DNA of 64,000 nt from Chlorokybus atmophyticus (taxonomy: Eukaryota; Plantae; Mesostigma and Chlorokybus algae): contig RHPI01000810.1 of NCBI GenBank assembly GCA_009103225.1, positions 1,405,962-1,469,961 on the forward strand, in the 5' to 3' direction. This document shows, piece after piece, positions 38,301 through 52,183 of the stretch. The first letter of the stretch is position 1. Each line of letters starts with the position of its first letter. The notes below the pieces were generated by a model. It was not told the origin of the DNA. It worked only from the letters and a program-made list of their open reading frames with translations, and searched no databases. The translations under genes and the position numbers were made by a program.

Positions 38301-41300
38301 TTCGATGGATGGCGAGAAGGAGCACGCGAGGTGAGGACAAACACACATCGTTGCTTATGGTTCAATGCACACGTGGTTTGTGAGGCTTGATGTTATGGTG
38401 GCTGCATAGTACCATGACCTTAAGCCCCACAGAAAGTACGTGCGTGTCACGTGTGGGGTCTGGGGCTTGCAGCCTAGCGCTATTCTGGGGAGTTCATGGT
38501 GCTTTATGCCCGGTAATCTATAACCCCACACAACCAACATGCGCGTGTGCGTGTGCATGTGCGGCTGTAACATGGTCCTGTGGTCAAGTCATCTGACTGG
38601 CACATCTGTGCACTGTGCAGCGCAAGCGTCAGCTGGCCTCAGCCCGTCGCGCCCTCTCCTCCTGGCACTCTCCTCTCCTGTCCCGCTCCTTCTCTCGTTG
38701 GCACCACATCACCACTTCATCCCACACTTCTCGTCTCCTCGTCTCCCATTCCCTTACACGCTGGCTCAACCTGCCCGCCGCGCGCGCCCTGACTGCGTGG
38801 GCAGATAATGTGATGGTGCGGAAGGAGGGTAGGAGGGTGGCTGTTAAGGTTGTGTCGAGGATGAAGCAGGGGATAGTGTGGAAAGCGTGGGGACAGTGGA
38901 GGGATGTGTGGATGGCGAAGCGAAACGATAGGAACAACGAGGAGGTGTGTGCACGCGCGCGCGTGTGTATGTGTGTTCGTGTGTGCGCATGGGTGTGCGT
39001 GTTTCTTTGATGCACGCTTCTGACATGTTGGTACATGGGCCTAAATCAGGTTGCTGCCGATTTTGCACGCCAGAGGCGTGTGCATCGGACGTTCCGAGCT
39101 TGGCATGAAGATGCGAGGTGTGAATGCAATAGACACACATGCATTCTAGCAACGTGGGTATGTCCTTTGCACATCACATACAACGACTGTGTGTTTGCAG
39201 GAGAGAGGCGAGAGAGCGGCGACTGAAGCGCAGGGTGTTGCTGATGCTGACCAAGGGTGCGATGGTGTGTGCGTGGCGGGCGTGGCGGGACCGCGTTGAC
39301 GCACGGCATGCGCGGTTCCTTGCCATCAAACGCCTCGTGCAGCGAGCCATGCATCCCGTACTGGCCGAAACCTTCCTTGCTTGGAGATATCCTTTACAAC
39401 ACCTATGGCTGATACATTAGCTATCGTGCACGCATGCACACATTATACACACATACACAACCACACACACACATGCACACTGCGCGTGGTTATGTGCAAG
39501 CGCACATGTGCATTCAGGTATACCAACATGCGCAACACGCACTGACAGGCACATTAACACACAAGCACGTGCTGGTGTTGGGTTCCTTGACTGCATCTCT
39601 GTCTCCACGGCTCGAGTCGATGCCGCAAGCAAGGTCAAGTTCGGCTTGGCACGCTATGATCAGCGTCTGCTGCGTTCATGCATCATCGCATTCCGTCTCA
39701 ACATCACCACCAACGAGGTGAGGCAACACCCAACACATATCCACACATCCGCGTACGCAGTCAATGTGGCATTCTTGCTGATGCTGTGTTGCCAGGTGGG
39801 AAGGTGCGCGATAAGGAGGATGAAGGCACCCCTTGTCACCAAGGCTTTCAACGCGTGGCGTGACAGAGTGGGCGTGTCGGTCCCTTTGCAATCCCGCGTG
39901 GCGCACTTGCGCGCCCGCGTGGACATCCGTCGCGCGATGAGGAGCGATGTTGCGTGGGCTTGTTTGCTAAACCATCCCGCTCGAGCGAGGAGAGTGGAAC
40001 AGTATCTCTTATGTGGCAAAGAGAGGGAGCTCGCGCTCGCATTTGATGCGTGGATGGAGCATAGAGAGCGCATGCAAGCCGTGAGAACGGTCGTTCAGGT
40101 GATAACAGACACAACGCTCCGATACGCGTGGCGCATGTGGCGCACACGGGTTGATAGCAAAGCAGCCATGAGGACATCCATTGAACAGGTACACATGCTA
40201 AGAGTATGCAGTTCTGATGTTGTTGAGGTCAATCACAAGCACGCAGGTGTGCGCACACACGCAAATACACACGTGCGCCCACATCTGCACGCGCACTCGC
40301 ACGCACACGTGCGCGCACACACACACTTTTCTCTCTGTTTGCGCGTGTGTAGATGAGCACCCTGCTGGCAGACCGCGACAACGCACACTTACTTGCAAGT
40401 GCCACACGTGCGCTATCACACTGGCGCGACCAACAGCTATCCACCGCGCTGCGGAGCTGGGTATCGTATACCCGCGCGCGTCTCCGCAAGCGTGCCAACA
40501 TGCTTGCGGCGTGCGACTTTCAAGACCGAATGCGCGCCCAACGCGCTATGCAGTGCTGGCAATGTGCCGTGGCGATCGTGCGATTGCGGCGGCAAGCACT
40601 CCTACACTATGTCCACACATTGCGCTGTAAGCACATATGTGTGGATGCGATATTACATGATGTGGGGGTACTGTTCTTGCTGTTTACGTGTGTGTTGCAA
40701 CAAGCTCAACACAAATCACTTGACCTCACCACACATGCCACCTCATGTATTGAACCCAACAGAACATGCTCACCAAGTCATTTCGCATTGTCTCACATGT
40801 TGTCTCATGCAGCACGCGCATTCGATGCGTGGCGAGAGGTGTGTGCGCTGCGTCAACAACAGCGTGCTCGCAAGCGCGTGGCAATCGCACATTTCAACGC
40901 AACGCTCTGCCGTTCACACTTCCTCACATGGTGCACGCTCACACCATCGCTGCGGTACCAACGCGAGCGTGTCGAACACGCCGTGCGCACGCACACGTCG
41001 CGCATGTGCAAGCGTGTCATGTTGGCGTGGCGTGACTACACACGCAAGCGTGTGGCGAAGAAGGAGAGCGTGTTGCGTGTGAAGAGAGGGGTTGAGGTTG
41101 GCATGTTGAGGCGGTGCTTCACGTCGTGGCGTGTGCGCGCACGTAACAGACGTGTTGGCGATCTTGCACTCGGGCGCACGAAGAAGAATAGGCAGTTGTG
41201 TGTGGTGTTCTGCGCGTGGCGCGCACGCACGCAGCACAAAGGCGTGGATTATCAGGTACGCAAGTAGAGCGCTATGTACATCAAACATGCAACCTTGCAA

Positions 41301-44300
41301 AGGTGTGCATGCTTTGCACATCTTATGCATAGTGCATTGATGCATAGTGTCTCAAAGGAGCAGAACAAACATCACTTGAGATTCCAGCAACTGGCAAATC
41401 GTATGCACACGCAAGGCAGCGCATGCATTACAGTACAGACCTATACGTGTGTGTGTGTATATATGATTGCGCGCGTGCTTGCGCGCACATGCACGTGGGT
41501 GTGCGTGTGTGCGTACTTGTGCAAGTGCGCACACATGCACAAGCATGCGTATGTGCACCTGGGCATGTGCGCGCATGTCTTTGTGTGTGTGGGTGGGTGC
41601 GTGTGGGTGCGGGTGCGTGTGCGTGTATGTGTGTGCGCGCGTGCGTTCAGGTAGTTGACAGCGCTCGTGCAGGGTCCGCTACTGCAGCAGCGTGTGCTGG
41701 CCGCCTGGCGCTCGCACACGCGTCACGCAGCTCGCCTCCAGCTTGTGTTCCGCGCGGCCGGCGACACGCTCACTCACAGCAGCGGAGGCGTCGCGTCCTC
41801 GACAAAGGCGTGCTTTTACACCTGGCGCGCGAACGTGAGGGCCGCGGCGCGCACCAAACGCACCGCACGACGCGCGATCGCGAGATGGGTGTGTGCGATG
41901 GAAGGGAGGGCGTTTGCTACGTGGCACGCCAAAGTGGACAAGGTGGGTGGTTCTTGATGTGCACGTGTGCGTGTTATGTACTCTTTTTGGCATGTGCCTG
42001 TGCGTGTTCGTGTTCTTGTTCTTGTTCGAGTGCGTGTGCGTGAGTGTACAGGCATGTGCGTGTGTGCGTGCGTCTGTATGTTCGTATGTGTCACCTTTGG
42101 CACGTGGTTCTGCACTGCTTGCACGACGAGTGTACTTACATGCACGCCTGTCATTACTTGTAGAAGCAAACATTGGCAGCAAGGCTCCACCTGTACAATT
42201 GCGAGCGCCGCGCCTCGCAACTCGCTCACGCCTTTGCCGCGCTCAACGCGTACCGCGCTGCTAGGGCGCGTGCACGCTCTCTCATGCACGCCATTGTGGT
42301 GCGGTGGTCGCAACCCAGCGAACACAAGGCCTTTACCCGATGGTAAGCACAAGATAAGAATATGCTCTGTTGATAGTGCAGTTCCATCAATGGAGACACA
42401 CACTCACTGTGCATGTGCGTGTGATGTGATATAGTTACAGGCACTTTTGTGGGGATGGTGACAGAGGTGATCGTGTGCACATACGCATGCTTGTGTATGT
42501 GTACGCACATCCGTGTGTGTGTGTGTGTGTGCATGTGCGCGCACACGCGCATGCGCATATTTACGCGCATGCATGCTCACGCACATACACGCGCACACAC
42601 ATGTGTGGATGTCATCTACCCACGTTACCCTTTGCTGCATGTGCAGGTATGAGTGGACATCAGAGCGCATCAATGCTCGCCGGCTTCTGCAAGCTTCTCT
42701 CCACTGCTGGCGCTTCGTGCGCGAGCACGAGGCGCTTCGCTGTTGGCGCGAGCGCGTTGTTGACGAGCGCCAACGCAAGGCTGTCACCGGGCGGGTTGCG
42801 GCCAACATGATGCACCCGCTGCTGGCTCGAGCGCTCAGAGGGCTCAAAGACCACGTCACGAAGCAGCGAGAAGCTCATGCGTTCGCACGTGCGAGCCTGC
42901 TCAGGTGGCAATCGATTGGCGTGGTGACGGCGTTCGACCATTGGTGTGAACACACTACTCGCAGCACTCGCATCAGGTAGATATTGTGCCCATCAACACA
43001 CACGCACACATACACACACAGGTGATATATGCAGGCTGACGCGCACTTGCACACGCATGTCCACACATGCGCGCAGACACAAACACAGAGCATCGTAGAC
43101 ATCAATGTACTGTTGCAGAGCTTAAGGTAACTGCTAGCGGAGCAAACTTGATGAGTGCATGCTTGTGTGCAGGCAAGTTGCGGAAGGTGGAGCCATGAGG
43201 CTGTTGTATCTTCCACTCTCTCGAGCCTGGAATGCGTGGGTGGCGACCGTGCGTGCCCAACGTGCGAGGGAGGAAGCCCTCCTCCACTACACGCTGCTGC
43301 GATGGCGGCGTGGGGTGCAGGGTTGCTTTGTTGCTTGGCGTGAGCGCGCACAGAAATCAGCAGAGATGAGAGGAGTGCTCGCACCATATGTTGGCACGTG
43401 GGCCCATGCAGACATCGCACCAGCCTGGCGACAGGTCTGTTTGATTTAGTTGTGTGTTTGCGCACAAGAGTGTCGCTACCTGTGGGTTGATGGCAAGGCA
43501 TACTGTAAGTGGCTGATAGTGGTGTTGGTCTGTTTAGTGGGTGTGGTGGACGCGTGCCATAACAGCTGCAAGGCGTGTGGCAATCGCATTCAAGCACTCC
43601 AATGAGCTCAAGGTAAGCAGCTATGACCGCTGCTCAAAGCTACTTACTTGTGTAGCAGTATATGTGTGGTTCTCCTATATAACCCAACATATCCATTCAA
43701 TGGCAGGCCTTCCATGCGTGGCGGAACTTCTGTCTTATGCGCAGTGCCGTGCGCACACTCGCACAGTACAGCAGCATAGTGCTCTCTCAGCGCTGGCAGC
43801 GGTGGCAGCTGCTGGTGCAGCTAAGGCGTGAACGGCGTGCCAACATTGCCATTGCCCGGGACACGCACCACTGCTCCCTTGCGCGCAAGAGCCTTCTCGT
43901 CTGGAAGGAATGGACTCAGCTGCTTCACAGGCTGCGCACGTACCTGCAAGGTGGTCTGCGCGCACGCCTTGCAAGCGCTTTCTCGGCCTGGCATGAGTAC
44001 ACGCTTTACCAGTAAGTATGTGTAAGATAGAGAGACAAACAATACTCGAGGCATTGCCGCACTGATTGAGCCTTTGTGTGTCTTTGCTTCTGGCAGGAAG
44101 CAATTGGTGCTGACGGGGAGTATGTTGGCTCTGCGTCGGCGAGTGCGCTTGCAATCAAGCACCATGAAGGATTGGAGGTTTCTTGCGCGCTCTGAGCGAC
44201 ACTGGCGACTTGGCGTACTCAGGAAGACTTGGGGGGTGAGTTGCTGGTGGTTGTGGCTACATTATTAGCGCTCCCTTCTGTGCATGCGTGCATGTGTGCG

Positions 44301-45988
44301 CTTGTGTGTGTGTGCGCTCATGTGCAGATGTGTTATGAATCAGGAGCTTGCGCTTTATGCCACGGCCAAGTCGTTGGCAAGGCAGAAGCAAGAGATGGCT
44401 CGGCGCATCATCGACTCGGGCCTGCAGTCCCGGGTGCTGCGGCACTGGAGCAGGTGCAAAGCCTCTGATGATGGTGCTGATGTGTTCACTCTGTGCGCGT
44501 TTGTCTGTCCAACCAACATGGCTAATGCCATTCGTATCATGAGCAGCACTACACGCGAGCTTGTGTATCGGCGAGAACAGTATCTGCATCGCAAGCGACT
44601 CATGCAGGACGCTCTAACACGCGGAGATGCAACGTGCGTGTTACTACCTCTGCTCAGTAGTTGTTGTATGTTGGTCTTCGCATTCCAGTGCATTGACTTT
44701 ATCATGTGCTCAGGGTGAAGCGCAGGAAGATGCAGCTTGTTACCTTTGCGTTCAGCGAATGGGCAAGAGTGGTCAAACTCTACAGCAAGATGCGCGCGTA
44801 CACGCAAAGGAGGGCTCTGAAGTTGGGCAAGCGCGCGTGGCAACAATGGAGGACTTACATTCATTGCCGCCGAGAGCTGGCTGTCAGGACCCAACATGCT
44901 GCCCAATACTCTGAGCACACGCTTCTGCGCCGCTCGTTGGCAGAGTGGAAACGCAATCTGGAACCGGTCATGAGCACAACGAGAGCCAAGCGCAGTTTGG
45001 CCGACGAGTTCGCCAACGCATTGGTCGCTGAACACGCATTCAAGGCGTGGAAAGACCATCATGAGAGGACTCAAACTCTCCTATTGGGACTTCATAAGGT
45101 GCGAGTGTGTTTGTCGTCATATCGCTATGAAGCTACATAAAAAGATGTTGTGTTCTGTCGTCTTTGCTTACTCTGGAGCTGTGCAGTGCTTTGAGAAAAT
45201 TCAGGTCACAGAGAACCGTTTACACATGCAGCACGCGATGCAAGAGTGGCGCGGTTTGTTGGCACGAAAGTAAGCAATACAACCATCATGACAAGCATGG
45301 CCAAGTGGTGCTGCAGCTGTGACCAAACGCACCATTCTTGCAGGGACTTGCATGAAAGGCAGCTTGAGAAGGCGAGGATCAGGCTCTCATACCTGCTCCT
45401 CCGCAACACGTTCACACACTGGCAAACATTCGTGTCAGCTGCGGCTGCGGTTGGGTCAGACAAGGGGTTTGGCAGGCAAGGTGAAAGGGAAGAGTTTTCT
45501 ACACCTGCAATGCATGTTGGAAGGGGAACAGCTTTATCGGCCCTGGCACCCTTGTCAGATGTACAGCGCTGGATGCACAACTCCCTGGATGCTTATGAGC
45601 AGGTATGTGTGAATCAACCGAGCGCCTGCTGGTAGTTGCTATCAACAACCTTGCCTGCTATGCGCTTGCATGCTTCAATTGCAATTAAAACACATACACT
45701 GCTCAATCCTTCATGATTACATCAGAGTGGCAATTTTGTGTGCAAGTTGAACAATACTTCACGACCGAGCCATTTGCATTAAACATCTCGCGCATGTGCG
45801 AAGTCCAACCTGCTGGTCACTCACAGGTGACACCCATCACGCCCATGGACGTGCAGACCCCAAGGAGCTTTATTGGTAGCGACTCGGGGCGTTCAGACCG
45901 CTCCACTCTGCTCAGTGACTGGTCCGGCATGCTCGGCAATCACGCTCGGCGCCTGCAAGCACTGCACGCCAGACGGGCCACACGCTAG
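29368..45988 (+). CDS. SFI1: Giant Sfi1-like (centrin-binding Trp repeat) protein, roughly 45-50 exons and ~3,000 aa by manual estimate
   Basis: Dozens of exons encode R/A-rich helical repeats ending in (A/C)F/L-x2-W, e.g. CLKQWREY...ACFNTWKAH (33-aa spacing), RAFATWRTW, KAFDGWRE, AAFNTWRVR, LAFDAWME. N-terminal exons read VTLSIVLRAYDSVLKSHGL|VPAEDTRFYRYLLRLCMDPEPDWWRKL and the last exon ends HARRATR* at 45988. The start ATG at 29368 is tentative. Confidence 0.78.
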
Positions 45989-46022
45989 ACAGAGACAAGT
46001 GCTGTGCATAGTAAGGGTTCAA

Positions 46023-49000
46023 CTAAGTAGTAGTTTTGTCTCTTGAGACTCGCCTAACAATCAAGTGACCAAACTGGCAGGCTCCAGGAGAGGAGCCTTC
46101 AAATATATACGGGGTGTGCCCTGTAGCACTGCAGTATGCCTGTTGAATCTCTTGTATGGCTGCATCACTTTCCGGCCCCACTCCGCCCAATGCACAAACT
46201 GTTCCGCCACTCCCACCACCGGTAATCTTTGCCCCGAACAAAGCATTTGGCTTCCTCTGCAGGAAGCAGTGTATCAGCGACCAACAGTTGATTGCATGTG
46301 CTTGTGCGTATATGTGTGTAGCCACGCTGCCAACACTGAACTGTGCAAATACTGTGTTTGGCAGACTCGCAATGTATGCATCTCCTGTTGCGTCCAATGT
46401 CTAGTCGAAGCAAGTTTGAGGTGCCTGGGTTTGCTTGCTAGTTTGTTGTCACACATTCTTTCTCCATCAGTGTGTACCTGCTGCATGTCTTCCACGAGTG
46501 CCACCAGCAGATCAGTGCCGGGAGACCCGAGGCCACACAGCGAGTAGCTTGCATGGGATTGATACATCAGCTCGCCTAGCACGGACAAGTCGCACTCGGG
46601 GGCTTTTAACAACTGCGCAAAGGTCTTAACACGGAAGTTCTCGTTGATCGGATGTGCCATGGGCGTGCGTACGGCGTAGTGTGTGCTGGGGTTGATGGTC
46701 GTGACGGTGTCCTCATGACTGCCATACTTGCTAATAAAATTGGAGCCCAGTATGTGATCGGGTATTGCTGGGGCATATGATAACTCCAACCGATGAGGGG
46801 GGACCTGCAAGCGTTGTGAATACACACGCTCATGGTGATGATGTTCCGACATTATTGGACACAGCAATATCAACTGTGGTCACATGCGTCAAGGGAACAG
46901 CGCCCTAGATCGTAGGAAACTCCCAAATATATGTACACACTATACTCCGCATTAAGTTGACACAAAACAACCTAGCAATAAGTGCACACAGCAGCCCCCG
47001 CCAAGATAACCCAATGGATTACCTGCACCAAGTGCTTCATGTTGGCTTCTACATCACTAGAGGCGATGCGTGCCGACACAGCGTCGCTGGCAGTGGCAGA
47101 GGTTGCGGCTCTTTGCTCGGCGGCAAGCGTAACAATCTTGCGTCCCATGAAAGCACCGATGCGCACTGACCCGTAGTCTGCACCTCCAACACTGTGCTTC
47201 AAACCTGCAAGGGTTCACGCAGAGGAACACTCTGTTGGTGGCATAATTGTTGCCACAATTGGTTGTAAGTAGAATCTCCTGAACTAACCAGAGTCCAAAC
47301 CCCAGAAGCGCATGTGCGGTGGAACGGATATGAGTCCTTGTATCTCTGCTGGTTGGCAGAGGAGTGCCAACAGTCGGTTCGCTTGACCACAAGCACTTGC
47401 CATCTGGTCCATTACGCCACATGGTGCTCCAACAACAAGGTTCTCCACCTGATAACAAGAATGCATGAGAAGATGCACGGTCAAGCACAGTTCATTCAAT
47501 CTCAAGCGTATGCTTTTGTATCGTGTGCTTGTATGGTATACTAAAAATAACCAGCAAACATGCACATGAAAGCGATATAGACCTAAGTAAGCCGACACCT
47601 TTTGACAAAGGATTGCCAGCTCCCTGGGTTCCAACTGTACGTGATGGGCCGCAGCGATTGCTGCCATGGAGGCAACCTCAACAGCAGCTGAAGACGAGAC
47701 ACCCTTCCCCTCGGGCACAAGAGAGTGCACAAGGATGCTCATGCCGTCATCAAAGCGTGTGCCCTTCTCTCTCATGAGCACAAGCACTGTGCAACACAAC
47801 AAACACCAGTATGTTGGTACACAGTAGATGATGTTGTCTTCCAAGGCAGATTGATAGTCAGTAGGTGCAATGTTTCAATGAGTACCAGCGCCCGCAATGT
47901 ATGCCGCCCAGCTGCGAGACTTGTCTTTGTGGAAGAACTCGCGTGCTGCTTCATATGAAATAGGAACCTGCTGGCCATCTGCCTGCGAATAGGGTGTGAG
48001 AGGATGACAACTTGATTCTTTTATATATGCATTCAGCACCCACCTCAGTGTATAAATCAGCCAGATCCATGTCAAAGGTCGCGGCGCGGAAGCCAGCCTC
48101 ACTGTTTAAAGAGACGATGCGCAGCACCTGCAGTTGAGTCGTTAGCTGCACAGCTGGAAGATAAAAGATAAACGGGACAGTATACACTATACAACTGCTA
48201 CCTGAGTGTTGTCTAGCTTGCCACTCTGCGCCAGCCTAGCCTCTGTGTGCTTCCACAAGCGCTGCCTGCCTGCTTGTCGCTGAAGCGCCACATGACATGC
48301 TTCCTTGATAGGCATCTATTGCCACCAACAGGTCATGTGGACGTTCAAGCCATTGTCGTAGCGCGTACTCATGGCATATAAACAAGCAGCACCTGCAGTA
48401 CAAGGCTGCCGGAATAGTCGGCAATGCCACCCATAACATCAAGCCGGCCAGGAGCACGTGTCACAATGATGTCCTCCTCGAACCTGAACAGCCCACACGC
48501 GGCACGCTCTTCGCTGGTAGCAGAATTAGAAAGCTCTGCTGGATCATCACCAATGCGCGACAGAGTTTGCAAAAAATCTTCGGTGTCTGCCAAGCCAAGC
48601 GTTGATCCGTCAACAACCTGTTAGGAAACAGGTGGCCAAGTCAGACTGGTTGCAGAGGGTGCATAGGTTGTCGTGCATTCCCATTACCAATACTATGATG
48701 CACTATACCTGAAAGGCGCCATGCAAACCGCCAGCCTGATGCTCCAATTCTGACTGAAAACACGGGGCAATAGTGAGCATACTTCTGTGCAGTCACATTT
48801 TGAGTGCACCAAAGCATGCAACCATAAGAAGGCTGCAAAAGATTGACTGCGTACCTGGGCTGCGGCTGAGCTGTCCAATGCGGTACTTGCAGAGTCAACC
48901 TCAAAGCTCTTTCGCCGCGCGTACCAGTCTGGAACATTAAGCTCATCTGTTCGTTGCAGGAGAAAGCCGAGCACTATGGCATCGCGCAGTCTTTTCTTCC

Positions 49001-51871
49001 CCCCACCCTGGACAAGCAGCATGCCAAGTTGTCTTACTGCACTAGCAGAGCTCGTTGCTTTGCACAAGTCAAGTAGCATGCCAACCTGAGGTGCTTGGAG
49101 GCGTCCAAGGGCAACATCAATCAGCGTTTTGGCCACAACCTGCGTAGTTACTTAGTGATGTGATGTGTGTGCAGTGTTTGTCATTTTGGCATATGTGTGT
49201 ACAGTTAAAGTCTAACTTACTTGACCGCCATCAACCGGCTCGCTATACATTGGTTTCAATTTCAGTGCACGATCGAGGTAGGGATGCCAGTTACCAGCAA
49301 AGAAGTCTCTTCTGCTCATCTCTACAGCGCAATTATGGGTCTGCCATTTGCTGATAATCAGTACATACAAACCTCTCTGTATAGCCATAAAGACTTGCTC
49401 GTGCTAACGTACCTCTAACAATTTTCTCAAGAATGGCTCCTCATTGAAAAAATCCCGTCGCACATACACCAATGGTGTCGAGTGCGCAAGTGCCTCGCTG
49501 GTTGTTCCATAGCCGATCTTGCCTGACAAGCACAGCACAAAATCTGTCATTCACTTGACCTAAGAGTGCGTACTTTACGAGAAATAAGAAGGCAGTAGTC
49601 AACCTAGAATGGCATCAGACGCTGCCACGAGATCCACCATGTACTCGTCGGCAGCTGGTCGCATGAAGTTAGGTGGCAGCTTTCCAATAGCGCCAACAAC
49701 ACAAACCTGAACATGGCATTGTCAGTGTCAAAAATATATTTGATTTTCAAATTAAGTAGTGCAATGCGTGCACATATAGCACTAAGGTGGTACCATGCAA
49801 ACCCAGCCGGGTGGAAGAAACTTCTCTTGCAGAACCCAGTCAGAATCCTATGGCACACGCATACACCCGCACACACACATGGCAGCTGGTGAGTGCTTGT
49901 CAATGCACAGGAGGAATTGCCCCAGCAACAACAATGAAATATGAAACATCTACACAGCGTGCAGCTTAAGCGGATTGTGCACCTGCCCGCCAAAGTGGAG
50001 AAGCAACAACTTCTGATTGAGTGCAACCCCAAGTGCCGCTCGCACCTGCAGAGGCAGTTGGCTGTCGTGGTGAACAGGACGGAGCGCATCACAAAGCTGG
50101 TACGCTATGCTTCGTTAAGCTTCGCATAGCGAAGCATAGCAGTAGCCTCACGCGCTTCAATGGTAAGTTTAATGGTAAGTACGCAAGGCTACCTCCTCTC
50201 TCGTACGACGTGCGTGGCGGACAACAAGTGGCATATCGATAATGTCTCTGAATGCCGGCACTGCAACACAATGCATCAAAGCGATAGCAAGATCACTTCC
50301 AATACTCGGTTTCGTGCAGACGAGGAGTGGGTGGCCTATCAGTAGTGAAACACTGCTTACTGGGGCAGAAGCCCGGCAGCCGGAGCAGCAGTGTTGCTCG
50401 TGAGTAGTCTTCAGCGATCTATGATTAGCATGTGAGAGACACGCTTATTGTAGCTCAAGCGGCATGGCTGATTATCAGCCACCAAACCCTACCTGGAAAA
50501 CAATAGACCTGTGCTGGTGGCCTTCAGTGGATACATATTCTGCATAAATGAAGTCCCAGCTGCATGCGTCACTCAACCACAGTTAGCAGAGAAGAATGTT
50601 GACTGCTACACGGCGGTGGTTAAGCTACCAACCTGAAGTTGGTGACACAAACTGCCGGGATGCCAATGTTTGTAGCCGCTGTGCAGACCATAGGCACTAT
50701 GTCACTAACCTGCATTGGACACCCGCTCTCAGCTGTTGCCTGTGTTGGGCTGCAACATGTTTGTGAGGTGATTGGAACCTGCATGTCATACCACAACTTG
50801 TGCGTTGATGCTCTTCAACCACGCCTCTTCTGTCGCGAGACTCTCAGCACGCGGCAGTACAGCCGTTTCGACATACTACGCAAACACTGGTTGTGAGAAG
50901 AAGCATCATGATGCCTATTGCCTCGGCTGTTGGTTGTGAGCAACACAGTGTTTGCTTGACTTCGGCAAAGTCAGGTGTGTTATGCATGGGTGCGACTTGG
51001 ACATGAATTAAACGGCTCATATGTACAACCACCAGTGGAGTCATCTTGACACACACCTTGGACAGTGACTTGCGCCGGTCAACGGTGAGCGCATCCTGCT
51101 GCACAGCTCCGCAGTCTAGAACAGCCTGCAGTGCAACACAAACTGGTTGTGCTTCTATTTGTTAACTTGACTGCTTGTTTCCCGCCTCAGCGCACAGCTG
51201 CTGCCTGTCCCTGTGCCTCTTTGTGCCAGTGTTGTCTCCCTATGTTGGTCCATGATAGATTGTTATGCATATCAGACTGTCATACAAACCAACTGGGTCC
51301 ACTCACCTTACGAATGTGCAACCGCTCGGACTGTATTTCTCTCGTGAACACATTCTCAGGTGCTCCAGTCACGACATGCACAGTGCAACCTGCCGCGATG
51401 AGATGCCGACAGACCTGCAGCGATCAACAGCAATTGGTGAAGCGACAGTGCTGAATCCGGCCCATTGCCCTAACAAGCCCGTCTGCTTAATTTCACAATG
51501 GTCAAGATGTGTAGCTTATGCCAGCTGGCATTGCAGCGCACCCAACAGGTCGGTGGTGTTGACAAGTGACGTGCATGCACGGCACCGGTGCAGCATGGAT
51601 GCGACGACTGTCACTTGTGCTGTTGGCTGGCAACAAGCTCCAATCACACTGTGATTGTGCTCAAATCAGCCTATCACACTTTGACATGATGGCAGACTTT
51701 CCACTACAACAAGCAACGCCGGAGCAATGCCATGCAACCGCTGCTGAGGCACACCTCAACGACCCTGGTGGCATGGCCAAGGCCGTGTCCAGTGACGTAG
51801 TAGGCAAGCACTGGAGCAGCAGACCCATCCTTCTGCTGCAACACCACTTGCTCGCCGCCCACGGCGGCCAT
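46023..51871 (-). CDS. ARA1: L-arabinokinase (N-terminal glycosyltransferase-like domain plus GHMP kinase domain)
   Basis: [18 protein letters not shown]|[21 protein letters not shown]; DALTVDR; [23 protein letters not shown]; WAAYIAG; [18 protein letters not shown]; [20 protein letters not shown]; RFWGLDSG; [15 protein letters not shown]; [23 protein letters not shown]; [16 protein letters not shown]; stop 46023-46025. Confidence 0.95.
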
Positions 51872-52183
51872 ACCGGCAGCGTCCTCACCGCTTGCCTGCA
51901 GACATGTCTTCAAGCACATGCTCAACACTGTACACCAAAACCGTCCGATGAACAGGTCACTTGATATCTAACGGCTGAAGCTGCTTTTGGGCCAACCGAG
52001 GACTAAAATCTCCTCTTGACGGACAATCCAACCATAGTCTGGTTACATTACTTGGCTCGAACTGCGCACTTAAGCATTGAGCTCGGTTGAAGTCTGCACA
52101 CGCAACCTGCCAAGCCGGTTAAGGCGACAGCAGTTCAATAAGTTTGCTGCAGCCGCCTCAGTCTGGTCTTTTTGGCGGAGGAA

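Noticed and set aside
29816-43600. Many overlapping ORFs rich in H/T/R/A/C/V/M on both strands (also throughout the window)
   Set aside because: They are translations of intronic (CA/GT/GC)n mosaics or antisense frames of real exons, with no family motifs.
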